DNA of 64,000 nt from Hypanus sabinus. Taxonomy: Eukaryota. Made by a program: the position numbers and the translations under genes. The stretch covers positions 52,886,001 to 52,950,000 of the forward strand of contig NC_082708.1 in the NCBI RefSeq assembly GCF_030144855.1, read 5' to 3'. The notes under the pieces were generated by a model. It saw nothing but the letters and a program-made list of their open reading frames with translations, had not been told where the DNA came from and did no database searches. Within the stretch, counting starts at the first letter, position 1, and each line of letters opens with the position of its first letter. Positions 11,668 through 23,641 of this stretch are shown here, in pieces.

Positions 11668-13185
11668 ATGCCAAGAAAAGATTTGACCCTAGCTGAAAAA
11701 ATTACCGTACTGGACCAAATTAAAAGCCATCCACCTAACACCACCCATCGTCAGCTCGCAGTGATAACTGGAGTGCCAAAATCTACAATTGCACGCTTAA
11801 TACAACAGCAAGATAAACTGCGAGAAGAATGGGCATTATGTGAGGGACAGCAGGGAACATCCCAAAAACGAAAGCGTGAAGGTAAGAATCCAGATGTTGA
11901 AAAGGCCCTCAATCAGTGGTTTTCCGTTGTAACCGGACGAGGTGTGAGAGTCAGTGGACCAATGTTAAAAAGCAAGTCAGAGGAGTTGGCTAAGAAGCTG
12001 GGTCACAGAGATTTTAAAGCAACAGATGGTTGGTTGTCCCGATGGAAATGTAGGCATCACATTCAATTCAAGAAAATACACGGAGAGAAAGGTGGTTCTG
12101 ATGCTGTAAGTGCAGAGGCATGGAAATCTACAAAACTACCAGACTTGCTTCAAAAATTTTGTGCCGATGATATCTACAATGCTGATGAAACTGGCCTTTT
12201 TTATCGTGCCATACTATCGGGTACAAAGAAGGCAATAGATCGCATAACTGTCTTGTGTTGTTCAAATATGTCAGGGACCGATAAAAAGAAATTGTTGGTT
12301 ATTGGAAAAAGCGTGAAGCCTCGGTGCTTTAAGGGACTAAGAATGAATAGTTTACCAATCGAATACTATGCTAATAAGAATGCCTGGATGACTTCTGACA
12401 TTTTTAAGAATTGGCTGATGAGTTGGGATATGGAGCTACAGCGGAAATCAAGAAAAGTTCTTCTCCTTGTTGATAATTGTGCAGCGTACCCCAACGTAGA
12501 ATGTTTGAGAAACATTCAGCTGGAATTTCTGCCTGCCAGTAGAACGTACTTGGTACAGCCAATGGACATGGGGATCATAAAAAAATTAAAGACACTGTAT
12601 CGCAGAAAGTTGGTGAACCACATTCTCGAAGCAATTGAAGAAAATCTACTGACATCTTCTGCAACAGCCAAGGAAGTCTGTGCAAGGGTTAATCTTTTAG
12701 ATGCAATACAGTTTGTCACTGATAGTTGGCGAGAAATAAGCAGTAAGACCATTCAGAACTGTTTTGCTCTTTGCGGTTTCAAACATTCAGGCTTCGAGAT
12801 GACAGAAGCTGCCGGGAGTGAAAATGAAACGATTTCGGTACTTGAGCAAGTTGGAAACTGCGAAGAATTTCAAGGTATTAACAATCATCTTGAATGTTAC
12901 AATGAAAATGAAGATTTGGAGGATGCAATTGTTGAAAGCATTGTATCAATACACCAAGGTGGGAAATATGAAAATGAGGACAGTGATCAAGATGACGCAT
13001 CGGAACCTGAGCTAGTGACTACACAGGATGCCAGGAAATTCATTGTCGGATTACAACGCTATTTCATGCAGGAAGGCAATGAAGGCAGTCCACTATCTGC
13101 ACTAAGTGTTTGTGCTGATTTTGTTCATTTACAGTCAATCAGAAGAAAACGGTTGCGTGCACTGGACGAATTCCTCCGTCGATAA
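11668..13185 (+). CDS. Tigger transposable element-derived (TIGD4/TIGD6/CENP-B-like) protein, 505 aa, paralog 1
   Basis: Uninterrupted ORF with psq-type HTH (RKDLTLAEK...GVPKSTI), basic NLS-like QKRKR, Tc5/CENP-B HTH (VEKALNQWF...FKATDGWLSRWKCRH), DDE_1 domain (NADETG, LLVDN, QPMD; DD30D) and acidic C-terminal tail. Acceptor ttcag| at 11655/11656. Confidence 0.92.
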   Translation: MPRKDLTLAEKITVLDQIKSHPPNTTHRQLAVITGVPKSTIARLIQQQDKLREEWALCEGQQGTSQKRKREGKNPDVEKALNQWFSVVTGRGVRVSGPMLKSKSEELAKKLGHRDFKATDGWLSRWKCRHHIQFKKIHGEKGGSDAVSAEAWKSTKLPDLLQKFCADDIYNADETGLFYRAILSGTKKAIDRITVLCCSNMSGTDKKKLLVIGKSVKPRCFKGLRMNSLPIEYYANKNAWMTSDIFKNWLMSWDMELQRKSRKVLLLVDNCAAYPNVECLRNIQLEFLPASRTYLVQPMDMGIIKKLKTLYRRKLVNHILEAIEENLLTSSATAKEVCARVNLLDAIQFVTDSWREISSKTIQNCFALCGFKHSGFEMTEAAGSENETISVLEQVGNCEEFQGINNHLECYNENEDLEDAIVESIVSIHQGGKYENEDSDQDDASEPELVTTQDARKFIVGLQRYFMQEGNEGSPLSALSVCADFVHLQSIRRKRLRALDEFLRR

Positions 13186-13810
13186 CTCTTGGGAACTAAT
13201 ACAGTTTTATTGTACTGGAGTTGTATTGCTAGTATTCTAATTTGTTCTGTGTTTCCTTTAAATACATAATTTGTTACTCGGTTAAACAGTAGTTTGTCTT
13301 TTTATACCTTTTTAAATATTGCCATGCAATTTTGGCATAATTGGGCACAAAATGTGCCCCAATTAACCAGACTCCACTATATTACCATTTTAATAGTTTG
13401 CCCACTGACTTAATTAGGTCAATGATTGTTAATAGGTGAAAATATTATAAATGGAATATTCATTTAACACTTTATAATTAGAGACATTTCATTTTCTAGC
13501 GGTCTGCACAATTTTTGGATGAGTGAGCGGTGTTTCCTGAACACTGGTAATTCAACAAAAACAGAAGCTTAACTGAGATGAGATGTAGGAATCAAATCTA
13601 TGATGTCATTAGTCTATTCCTGTACTATGTTAATTTTTTCAAGTTTATTGCCATAAGCATACCTACACAGATATATTAGTTTTATTTTGTAGCAGTAGCA
13701 CGTACACTACAATTAATATAAATATTGTAGTGGAAGGTCCCAGTTGGTTCGGAGTTTTATAGTAAACCATACATATACATGTGATCTATAATTTTACTGT
13801 ACTGTAAATG

Positions 13811-14591
13811 CAGTAGATTCTGCTTAATTGGGGCAGCCACATATTTGGGCAGCACTTAAAGAACAAAAAACTAATTGAGAAAATAGCTGGGAATTCCCTG
13901 CATTTCTTTGGGACACTATGTCACTTAATTGGCACAAGATGCTGTCGCTGAATGGTTTCTAACTAGCATCAATCGTGTGCTCTGTATGGCTGTTAGACAC
14001 TATACTGTGCTTAGAATAAAATTGTGTGTGTTTGTGATCAAAAGGCATTGACTTTTGGCGCTGATAGCTGGTGAGAAGTAAGCAGTAGGATAATTCAGAA
14101 TTGTTTTCTTCACTACGGTTTCAAGCATTCGGGCTTGGACCTGCCAGAAGTGGCCAGCAGTTTAAAAAAGAACGAGTGGGAAGCTACAAAGAATTTTAAG
14201 TTATTGACTATCATCTTGAATGTTACAATTTAAAATGAAGATTTGGAGGATGCAATCATCTAAAGTACTGTTTAAAGGCAATCCATCATCTACATTGGTA
14301 TCTGCATTGACTTTGTTCATTTACAGTCAATCAAAAGAACTCAGCGGCATGCACTCAATGAGTTCCTCCATTGATAACTATTGGGAACTAATATAGTTTT
14401 ATAGTATCCTATTAGTATTTATTCTAATTTGTTCCATAATTCATCTAAATACATTATTTGTTACTCAGTTAAATGGTAGTTTGTTGTTTTTTTGGGTACC
14501 TGTTTTGACTATTTCCGTGGAACTTCAGCTACTTGGGACAGCCACTCAATTGGGCAAAAATGTACTGGTCCCAATTAACTGGAATCCACTG
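13811..14591 (+). mobile_element. Non-autonomous Tigger deletion derivative (MITE) of the same family
   Basis: Ends CAGTAGATTCTGCTTAATTGGG and CCCAATTAACTGGAATCCACTG+TA; internal part is a decayed copy of the 3' third of the TIGD ORF. Confidence 0.85.
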
Positions 14592-14741
14592 TATACTGAT
14601 GTTGGTTGGGGGAAAGAAATGGATTCATTCGAGGTTCCACAGGTTGTGATTCCCCTTTTTGTTTCTGTCACCACTGCTTGCAGCAATTTCTTCCTAGAAC
14701 TGAAATTCATTACGGGGTTTGCAAATTACTTTCAAAACATA

Positions 14742-14747
14742 AATAAA
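14742..14747 (+). terminator. Candidate polyadenylation signal for TIGD paralog 1
   Basis: AATAAA inside AAAACATAAATAAAATGTTTG, conserved at 26753 in copy 2. Confidence 0.35.
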
Positions 14748-14984
14748 ATGTTTGCATGGTATTAATGGTAACATTTCACACATTCAAAAGAATAGAAAGC
14801 TGGAAATTTCCAGGTTGTATTACTTGAACCAAAAACAAATGTGAATCAATTGTTTCATGAACATAGTTTTGTTTGCATTATTCTTAAAGTTGAATTAATC
14901 TTCCTGTTGGATCTCCTACATTGGAAAACCTCTTTGTGGTCTGTCCCTCCCCAAGCATAAGAGAAAAAGAGTTGACATACAATA

Positions 14985-16310
14985 TACCAAAAGTTTGTGG
15001 CAAGCTAGAGGATTTGGAAGCTATTAAAAGCCTAACAGAAAGCAATTTTTTTTAAAAAAACAAAGCAATAAGCAAGGAATGGATGAAATGTGAAAGTAAG
15101 CTAGCCAATAAAATGGGAGGATAATAAAAGATTTTTTAGATGTATAGAGTAAAAGTTATACGGGAGTGGACATCAGACTGCTGAAAAATGACGCAGGAGA
15201 GCTACTAATGGGGAACAAAGAAATAACAAACTGAATAAGTATTTCATGTCGACTCCAGCAGATGCCAAAAATGTGTGAGTGTCAGGGATCGAAGTAAGAA
15301 ATCCTATTAATAAGGAGAGGGTGCTTGGGAAGCTAAAAGGTCTTAAGTCACCTGGATCAGATGGACTACACTTCAGGGTTCAGAACAGGGTAGCTGAAGA
15401 GATTGTGGAGGTATTGGTAGTGATCATTCAAAACTCACTAGATTTCTGGAGGACTGAAAATTGCAAATGTCGCTCCACTCTAAGAAGAAGAGAGGCAAAG
15501 CACAGAAATTTATAGCTCAATGGTTGGTAAGATGTTAGATTCTTTTATTAAGAATGAGGTTCCCATGTATTTTGAACACAATGAAACAGGCTGAAGTCAG
15601 CATGAGTTTCTTAAAGGGAAATCTTGCCTGACAAATTTGAAGTTCTTTGAGGAAATAATAGGCAGGATTGACAAAGCAGAGTCAGAGGATGTCTGTGTGG
15701 ATTTTCAGAAGACCTTCATAAGGTATCATATTTGAGGGTGTCAAAAAATGCCCATGGTTTACTGGAAAGATGTAGCATGGTAGAAGATTACCTAAGAGCA
15801 AAAAGGGAATAAAAGGGGCCTTTTTTGGTCGGCTACTGGTGTTCCACTGCGATCACTATTGTGTCCACTAGTTTTCATGTGTACAGTAATGTGCAAAAGT
15901 CTTGGGCACATAGATATAGCTACAGTGCCTAAGACTTTTGCATAGTACTGTTTTTATCAATGTGAAGTGAAGACAGTTTGTAAATCTGGCAGGAGCAAAG
16001 GAGTGGTGTGGTACAGGTTGCAGAGAAGAAGTGAGGGTTGGAGTGGATGCAGACACACCTAGCCCAAGAACCCCAGGCAAGGGCAGTTTTGGGCTGAATA
16101 TGTAAGAAAGGGTGGACTGGCATTCGAAGAGGTTCACAAGAATGAACCTGGCAATGAAAGGGTTAATCTAGGAGTGTTGGATGGCTCTGAGCCTGTATGT
16201 GCTGGAGCTCAGAAGAATGAGGGGAGATCTAATTGACACCTACTGAAAATTGAAAGGCTTGGATGGAGGGGATGTTTCTAGTAGTGGGGAAGTCTAGGAC
16301 CGCAGGATAC
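14985..16310 (+). mobile_element. Decayed CR1 LINE between duplication copies 1 and 2
   Basis: ORF fragment VLGKLKGLKSPGSDGLHFRV; nucleotide motifs for QHEFLKGKSCLTNL and DFQKTF. Confidence 0.8.
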
Positions 16311-17879
16311 AGAGTCCTTGATATTACACACGTCTCATGTACAGCATCTTGCCAAAAGCCATCTGAAAATCCAAACAAACAACATCTAGTAACTGCTTGT
16401 TCTTCCTACGAAAAGAAGTGGATACAGCCCAGTCCATTTAGGGTAAAGACCAATCCACCATTGAGCACATCAACATGCTGCATTGTTACAGGAAAGCAGC
16501 ATCTATCATCAGGGACCCTCACTGCCTGGGTTACGCTCTCTTCACACTGCTGCCATCAGGCCTCTCACCACCAGGTTCAGGAACAGTTATTACTGCTCAA
16601 CCATCAGGCTCTTGAACCAAAGGGGATAACTTCACTCAACTTCATGTGCCACATCATTGAAATGTTTCCACAATCTAGGGCTCTTAATCTCATGTCCACA
16701 AAATTTATTACTTATTTATTATTTCTTTAATTTTGTATTTGCATATTTTGTTGTATTTTGCACATTGGCTGAACACACAGGTTGGTGCAGTCTTTACTGA
16801 TTCTGTTATGGTTATTCTATTATAGATTTATTGAGTATGCCACAAGAAAATGAAACTCAGGGTTGTGAATGGTGACAATAAATTTACTTTGCACTTTGAA
16901 TCGTCTGGTGAGAGCTCCCTTTTAAGGAATCCATGTTTCCAAATAACTTGCTCATCCTTAATTATTAACTCTAAAATCCTAACAACCACTGAAGTCAGAC
17001 TAATTGGTCTATAGTTTCCTGTCTTTTATCCCCTCTCTTAAAGATTGGAGGGTCATGGCGACTGTCCAGTCCACTGTAACCATTCCTGACTCTCGTGATT
17101 CTTGATAAATCACTAATATGGGTCCAGAAGCTCTTTAGATTTACTTCACTCTAAGGTTCTGAAAGAAGGAACTAATCTAACTTGGTTATCCACCTTCAAA
17201 CCTTGGAACTTCCTAAGCATCTTCTCTGTAATAATTGACTACTCCTGCCCTATCTCTCCCGACTCAAATTCCTGGCATGTCCCTGGTCTCTTCCACAGAA
17301 ATGCAAAAAAATTAATAATTTTGTTTGCCACTTCTTTGTTTCCCATTGCTGCAACACTAGTGGCATTTCACAGTGGTCCAATGTCCTCGCTTGCCTCTCT
17401 CCTGCTTCTCCATTTCAATTTTTTACTAATTTCTGTGTGGGATTCTAAGGTTTATACCACTGTGGTATAGCAAGTTGCAATAGTGTAGTGTGAATACTTT
17501 TGTCCAAATGCAGTTTGAGAGGGAGAAGCTAAAATTGGATGCATTGGTATTAAGGTTGAGTACAGGTAACGGCATATACATGAGAGGGGCTGACTAATGT
17601 TGATTGGAAGAGGACCCTAGTGAGGATGATAGTACACCAGCAATGGCAGGTCTACCTTCCACTATATCTGTAAAAACTTCTGATATCCTCTTTTAAATTA
17701 TCATAAAGACAGAAGTATTCACACTGCATTATTGCAACATACTATATTGTGATACAACCCTTTGCATTCTCTACAGAGAAATAAGTAAAAAAAATTGAAA
17801 TGGAAGAACATGCAAGACATGAAAAATCTAAATTTACAGACAAGATGAACTGTCTTCTGCTTCAAGCAGGCTTTAATCA

Positions 17880-19100
17880 TACCGCTGCCCAAGAAGAGTG
17901 GTTTCCTGCCTCAATAACTGTCATCCAGTTGCACTTACATCCACGGTGATGAAGTGTTTTGCGAGGCCAGTGATGAAATATATAAGCATACATCAGGATG
18001 CTCTTTGTCAATTACAGCTCGGTATTTAATACCATCATCCCTCAAAACCAATCAATAAACTACCATGACCTGGGCCTCAAATATCTCCTTGTGTATAATG
18101 GTTTCTGGATTTCCTCATTTGCAAACTCCAGTCAGTTTAGATTGGCAAAACTATCTCCTGCACAATCTCCATCAGGGCTATGTGTTTAACCCCCTCCTCT
18201 ACTCATTTTACACCTACGATTGTGTGGCTAAATACAGCTCCAACACCTTATTCAAATTTGCTGAGGACACCACTGTTGTGAGCCATATCAAAGCTGGTGA
18301 TGAATCAGCATACAGCAGGGAGATTGATCATTTGGCTGAGTGGTGTCATAACAACTTCTCTCACTCAATGTCAGCAAGACCATGGTAATGATTGCAGACT
18401 TCAGGAGAGGGAACCAGCAGTCCATGAGTCAGCCTTCATCTACTATCTCAGAGGACCTGTCTTGGGCTCATAAGTGTAATTGTGAAGGAAGCATAACAGC
18501 ACCCCTACTTCCTTAGGAGTCTGGAGATTTGGCATGACATCAAAAACTTCAACAAACTTATAGAGATAGGAGGTACAAAGTGTATTGACTAGCTGCATTA
18601 CTGCCTGGTATGGGAATACCAATGCCTTTGAATTGAAAATTGTACAAAAGGTAAAGCCAATGAGCACACTACATGAAACACTGTCCGAGGAAGGCAGCAT
18701 CCGTCAAAGATCCTCGCCACCCAAGCCATGGTCTTTTCACTGCTGCCCTCAGGTAGAAGGTACAAGTGCCTCAAGACTCGTACCACCAAGCTCAGGGACA
18801 GTTACTGCCCCTCAACCATCAGGTCTTGAACAAGAGAATAATTACACTCATCTATTGAGATATTCCCACAGCAGATGATTTCACTTTAAGGACTCTTGTT
18901 ATTTTGTGCTCTTGTTATTTATTCCTACTTATTTATATTTGCATTTTCACAGTTTTGTCTCTTATGTTCTACTTGATCTTTCATTGATCTTGTTTACAGT
19001 TACTATTCTATAGTTTTGCTGAGTATGCCTGTAGGAAAAAGAATCTCGAGGTTGTATGTGATAATATATACCCTGAAAATAAAACTTACTTTGAACTCCT
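17880..19100 (+). mobile_element. Decayed Rex1/Babar-type LINE
   Basis: Fragments MLFVNYSSVFNTIIP, QGYVFNPLLYSFYT, FKFAEDTTVV, SCITAWYGN; tail AATAAAACTTACTTTGAA. Confidence 0.85.
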
Positions 19101-19889
19101 AGAGGTTTTTTGTATGTCAGAAAAACATTTTTTACTTTACAGATAATCCTCATTGAAAATTTAAATTATTTACCCCAATATAGATTCTCTTTTATATTTA
19201 ATTTCATGCAAAACTTTAAACTGTAATTCTTACTTCTTTTATTCAATAAGAATTTTAAATCCCTGTTCCTTGTCATTAAGCTCCTAAATACATACTCTTC
19301 TTTTTAAAACACTTAATATTTTTACAATCATATTTCTTGTAATACCTCCGTTTTTGTGGAAATGTTTCAATGACTCAACTTTATCCTTAGAACTAAACTT
19401 TAGCATTATCGTGTAATATATTGTAGATTCAAAATCATACAGCATGGATCTTGACCCAAAAAGTCTAAAACCCATTTTCTCTACAGTACTGAGAGGCAGC
19501 AACTCTACCAACAGCTTCAACTATGCCACATTACCTTTATTCCTAGTCTAATTTATCTTTTTCCAAAACTACTTTGAGATATATGGAGTTATGGTCACCA
19601 TCCCTGTAATGTTCCCCCAAGACAATCCCTTCAACTGATCCACTACATTCCCCGAGACAGGGACCATTAATGTTCCATCCCTCATTGGTCTATCTACATG
19701 AAGCTTCAAAAAATCTCTCCTGAAATTCTCCTAAAAATTCCACTCTTTTATGCCAAGCCAATCACGGTTAGTACAAGGGGATTTTAAATTTCCCAAATAG
19801 CATAACACAATTTTTAATCACTTCTCTCTGCCAATTGCTCGCGTATCTGCAATGCGCTATCAGCTCATGTATACAACTTCATAATAGAA

Positions 19890-20450
19890 TTCTATTAAGG
19901 TTTTTTTTGGCGAGTCGCTGGGCTGCATGGTCTAGGCCGCAGTAGCTGGGTTCTAGTGCGAAGTAGGGCACGCTCCTTAGACATTTTAAATGCCAGTCCA
20001 GAGTGGAGACGAGAGCTTATTTCGCTCGCTTTCCGCGATCTTTACTCCTCTCTCCAGCGCGCGCAGCTTTCCACTGGTCCATTGTTGCGGTCAACTTAAA
20101 TGCCGGGCCAGGACGACTGACAATACAGGGTGTTAGTTGGGACCAGAGCAGATTTCGCTCGTTCTCTGCAATGGCCATCTGCATGGTGCTGAAGCTATGA
20201 AGACTGCCCCGGCTGCTGTGCTCCATGCCCGCTAATATGATGAACTGATAAGCGAGGCTTTAAACCTACTCCGGGGTTCGGATCAGAGGACTCAATTTTG
20301 ATTTAGGAATGCTGTTGTTCACTTCGAGTGTTTTGTCTTTTTTTTTCTTTAATTAGGTTCTTTCGGGTTTCTTGCTTTGTGGCTACCTGTGAGCAAGCAA
20401 ATCTCAAGGTTGTATGATTTATAAATTATTTTACAATAAATAAATCTTAA
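19890..20450 (+). repeat. Unclassified interspersed repeat, present in copy 2 only
   Basis: Interrupts homology with copy 1 (~8180-8240). GC-rich head and a Rex1-like tail AATCTCAAGGTTGTA...AATAAA. Confidence 0.5.
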
Positions 20451-21399
20451 CTTATGTACCCTGTTCCAAATCATTTTCCAATACCGTATCATTTAAACTT
20501 CACACACAAGTACATTTACACATCTCCAAGTTTCACAAGAATTACGCAGCTTAACACAAGTACTTGCAGCAAAAAGTAGGATTGCTAGGACAAATTTAAG
20601 AACAGACTTAAATTTAAGTACAACATTGTAACGTCAGCTGAGTCTCCAAACAAGCAAAACTATTCCTTCCTTGTGAGTCCACCGTTACTGATCTAAGATA
20701 CATAGAGTACAAAAACAACAAAGTTACAATACAGTAAATGCTAGTGTCACAACAACCCGAGTATTGCATCAATACTGGGCTCCTCGTCTTTTAAAAAATG
20801 GTTTTAAAAGGATACAGAAGAGATTTACTAAAATTATTCTAAGACAGTGGGTGGGCGTGGATTTTTGGAAAAACTGAACCAGTTCACCTTGGAATCGAAA
20901 AGGAATCCAAGAGCTATTTATAAAACATGCAAGGTATTGACAGACCAGATGAAAGCAACGTGATCATAAGTGTCAAGAGGAAAGCTGCTGCTTTGCATAC
21001 AAGAAGCGTTCGTGCAAGGAGGATTCAACCGAACTCTTCAAATCCGAGCGGGGTAAATATGTGAATGAAACGCAAAGCTACAGATAATGGGCTACAGAGT
21101 GGATTTTCGTTGCGTAAAGCAATGTTGAATCCATCCAAGTTTTTCTTGTGATTCTTTTTCATGGAGCTTTTCTGTGACTCATTTGAACATTAAACTCCTG
21201 AAAAGGACAGCAAAATATTGGAATGAAATCCCGGCATCCACTCCTTTCAGCATTAAGACATTTGAAGTGTATCTGCCTCGGCAGGAGGTAACACAACAGC
21301 CCCAGGAGAAAGGACCCAGTTGGGCCGGTGAGCACAGTGGTTGAAACTCCCTTTGACCCAGTTCAAACCTCGCCGTTTCCATTACGTTCTGCGTCTGGA

Positions 21400-22320
21400 C
21401 GAGGAATATCTCCGCAACACCGCGTTACAGGTGTAACTAAATTCACAGCTTACAGAATTGGGAAACAGGGTTGGTCAGCGCGTGTGGAGCAAAAAAAAAT
21501 CAACAGTGGGATGTACAGAATAGTATCACACTCACAGCGCTGGGCTCCAACTCCGCTCCTTTGGCGTGAGTTCAGCCCGAAACCTGCGTTTGGCGGCGGC
21601 GGCCCGGGTGGGGAGATGCCTCCCCCTGGGGCAGCGCAATTAGCAGCGGGCGCCCGCTCCCTCCCTCCCTCCTGCTGGGGGTTATTCCAGTCTGCAGGGT
21701 CAATGCAGGCTGTGTCAGGCCTGCCACTCAATGCGCTGGTCTCAGCAGCGCCCCGGTTGCAGCCCTCGCTCCCCCTACAGTGCGCACTGTCGGGCAGTGG
21801 CTGCGCCGACCTTGTCCCTCAGCCCCGGAAGTGATCGCGGTGTCGGTGAGACCGAGCTGCGGAGGCGCCGCGGGGACCGGACAAGCGCCGCGTGTTGCCG
21901 GTGGGGTGACAGGTGCAGCCGCCATCTCATCGTCCGACACACCGTTTGCCTGTCGCCCGCTATCCTTCCGCCGGCTGCTTCCCATGAATCCGGCTCTGAT
22001 GTCCCCTCGGGGCTGATCGTACCCCCGAGGCGGTGGTTCTGACAGCCGTGTGTCTGGTTCGGAGCCTCGTCATGTCCTCTACTACCCGGGCCGGGCCGGC
22101 CGCCCTCACACTCGGTGGTCTGCTCGGGAGCCCATGGGGGAGGGGTGTATCCGCTGCGCGGTGCGATCACGTCGCGAAAAGGCGATTTCTTTGTCAGACT
22201 CGGCCCCAAACGCCCAGCCCCTTCTTTCCCAGTGTTAGAGAGGCCCGCTGGCTACTCGGAAGTTAGTTTCGGGAGTTGGTTACGTTGCACAGTAATTGCT
22301 GGAGCTTTAAGTCTTCAGTT
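21400..22320. promoter_or_regulatory. CpG island promoter, copy 2 (5'-deleted)
   Basis: 21579-22437 is almost identical to 9657-10515. Lacks the segment equal to ~9331-9577. Candidate donor CG|gtgaga at 21845. Confidence 0.78.
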
Positions 22321-22942
22321 AGACATCCTGGAAACGATGCAGAGCGAAATCTTATTGGAACTTTGTTTTCCGACCTGTATCTAGGTCAAGGTGGCCGCCG
22401 AATGTGAAATAATTGATTCTAAAACGGTGCCCCTTCTCATTTGGAGCGGTTGCAGCTTGTCAAAGGTCCGTTACGGCGGCAACTCCTGGTGGGATCATGT
22501 GCCTTCACCAATTACAAATTGTGCAGTTAGTCAACATCGTAGAGTTTACCATAAGATTGAACTGATTTTTGGGGATTGCTGATGAAGCTTTCAGATAATT
22601 CGTTTCTAGTCGATTTTTACCGTTTTGTTTGTCGCGTTTATATATAAAACGAAAAATATTGCTCTCAAGGTCCGTGAGTTATTATTTAAAAAGCAGTCAA
22701 ATGAACCATTGTCTTTTTCGCGAACCAATTTAAGTATGCATTATGTGTTATTTTTCTTGTCTCTCTGCTTCTCCGCTCACAATTTGTTCTGCAGCACTCC
22801 GTACGAAAACGTAACTAGGCCAGAGTTTGGATAATACATTTTCTATTTTCGTTTAAGCATGCTGGTGTTGCTTTACCATTATAGGTAAGGGCTTGCACAC
22901 AAATAGCCGTCTTTAACACTATCTCATTGTAATGTTTTCCAG

Positions 22943-22994
22943 TAAGACTGACTCATACTGGCAGACTATCCGATATCTCACCAACAATCGACTG
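22943..22994 (+). other. Non-coding 5'UTR exon, copy 2
   Basis: gttttccag| 52 nt |gtaaga; paralog of 11026-11078 and 31362-31415. Confidence 0.7.
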
Positions 22995-23179
22995 GTAAGA
23001 TTTCCAGTTATTTGGGCCATCGGTTATATGGTATCTGCTTATATGGGACAATAACAAAATCTAATCGAGAAATTAGCTGCAATTCTCTTCGTTTATTTGG
23101 GTTCTATACCAATTAATTGGGACAGGAACGGATGGCTGAACAGATTCTAACTCGCATCGCATTGGTCACGTTTAAGGGT

Positions 23180-23495
23180 GGCTGATCCTGAGGGAAATTG
23201 GGTTTCGTTACAGTCGCACCAACCAAGAATAGTGTAGAAGTATAGCAATATAAAACCATTAATTATTAGATAATAATAAGTTAATCATGCCAAGTGGAAA
23301 TAAGTCCAGGACCAGCCTATTGGCTCAGGGTGTCTGACACTCCGAGGGAGGAGTTGTAAGGTTTCATGGCCACAGGCAGGAATGACTTCCTATGATGCTC
23401 AGTGTTGCATCTCGGTGGAATGAGTCTCTGGTTGAATATACTCCTGTGCCTAACCAGTAAATTATGGAGTGGATGGGAGACATTGTCCAAGTCTC
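23180..23495 (-). mobile_element. LINE 3' fragment inserted in the intron before the TIGD ORF (copy 2 only)
   Basis: Absent from copy 1. Reverse strand resembles a Rex1/L2-type 3' end (AGGAAGTCATTCCTGCCTGTGGCCATGAAACCTTACAAC). Confidence 0.6.
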
Positions 23496-23641
23496 CCAGA
23501 GCGAATAGTTTTTAAATGGCTTCAGTTGCGTGTCCTTGCATTATGTTACTTAAATGGGCCGACAGGTGCTGATTCAAAAAGCAGTCATTTTTTGATCATT
23601 TTGTTTGTTTAATGTCTAAAAAATTTCAGACCCTTGCCAAG

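Larger units (their letters stand above)
11087..13379 (+). mobile_element. Full-length pogo/Tigger element with damaged left TIR, copy 1
   Basis: Right TIR CCCAATTAACCAGACTCCACTA followed by TA (13380-81). Left end reads TGGATTTGTGGTTATTTGGG versus family TIR CAGTGGATTCCAGTTAATTGGG seen at 53848. Absent from copy 3. Confidence 0.85.
3911..14875 (+). repeat. Segmental duplication unit, copy 1
   Basis: Colinear with 16311-26895: 3911 agagcccttggtattg vs 16311 agagtccttgatatta; 5200-5335 vs 17490-17632; 7850-9240 vs 19535-21390; 9657-10515 vs 21579-22437; TIGD ORF; ends near 14875 vs 26895. Confidence 0.9.

Noticed and set aside
11668-13185. Assigning the symbol TIGD4, TIGD6 or CENPB
   Set aside because: Family-level similarity only. 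Retained TIR remnants and a local empty site point to an independent, more recent origin; orthology needs a phylogeny.
23612-23641. 10-aa N-terminal extension MSKKFQTLAK of paralog 2
   Set aside because: The ATG lies upstream of the conserved splice acceptor (23629/30) and is not in frame in copy 1; probably intronic.
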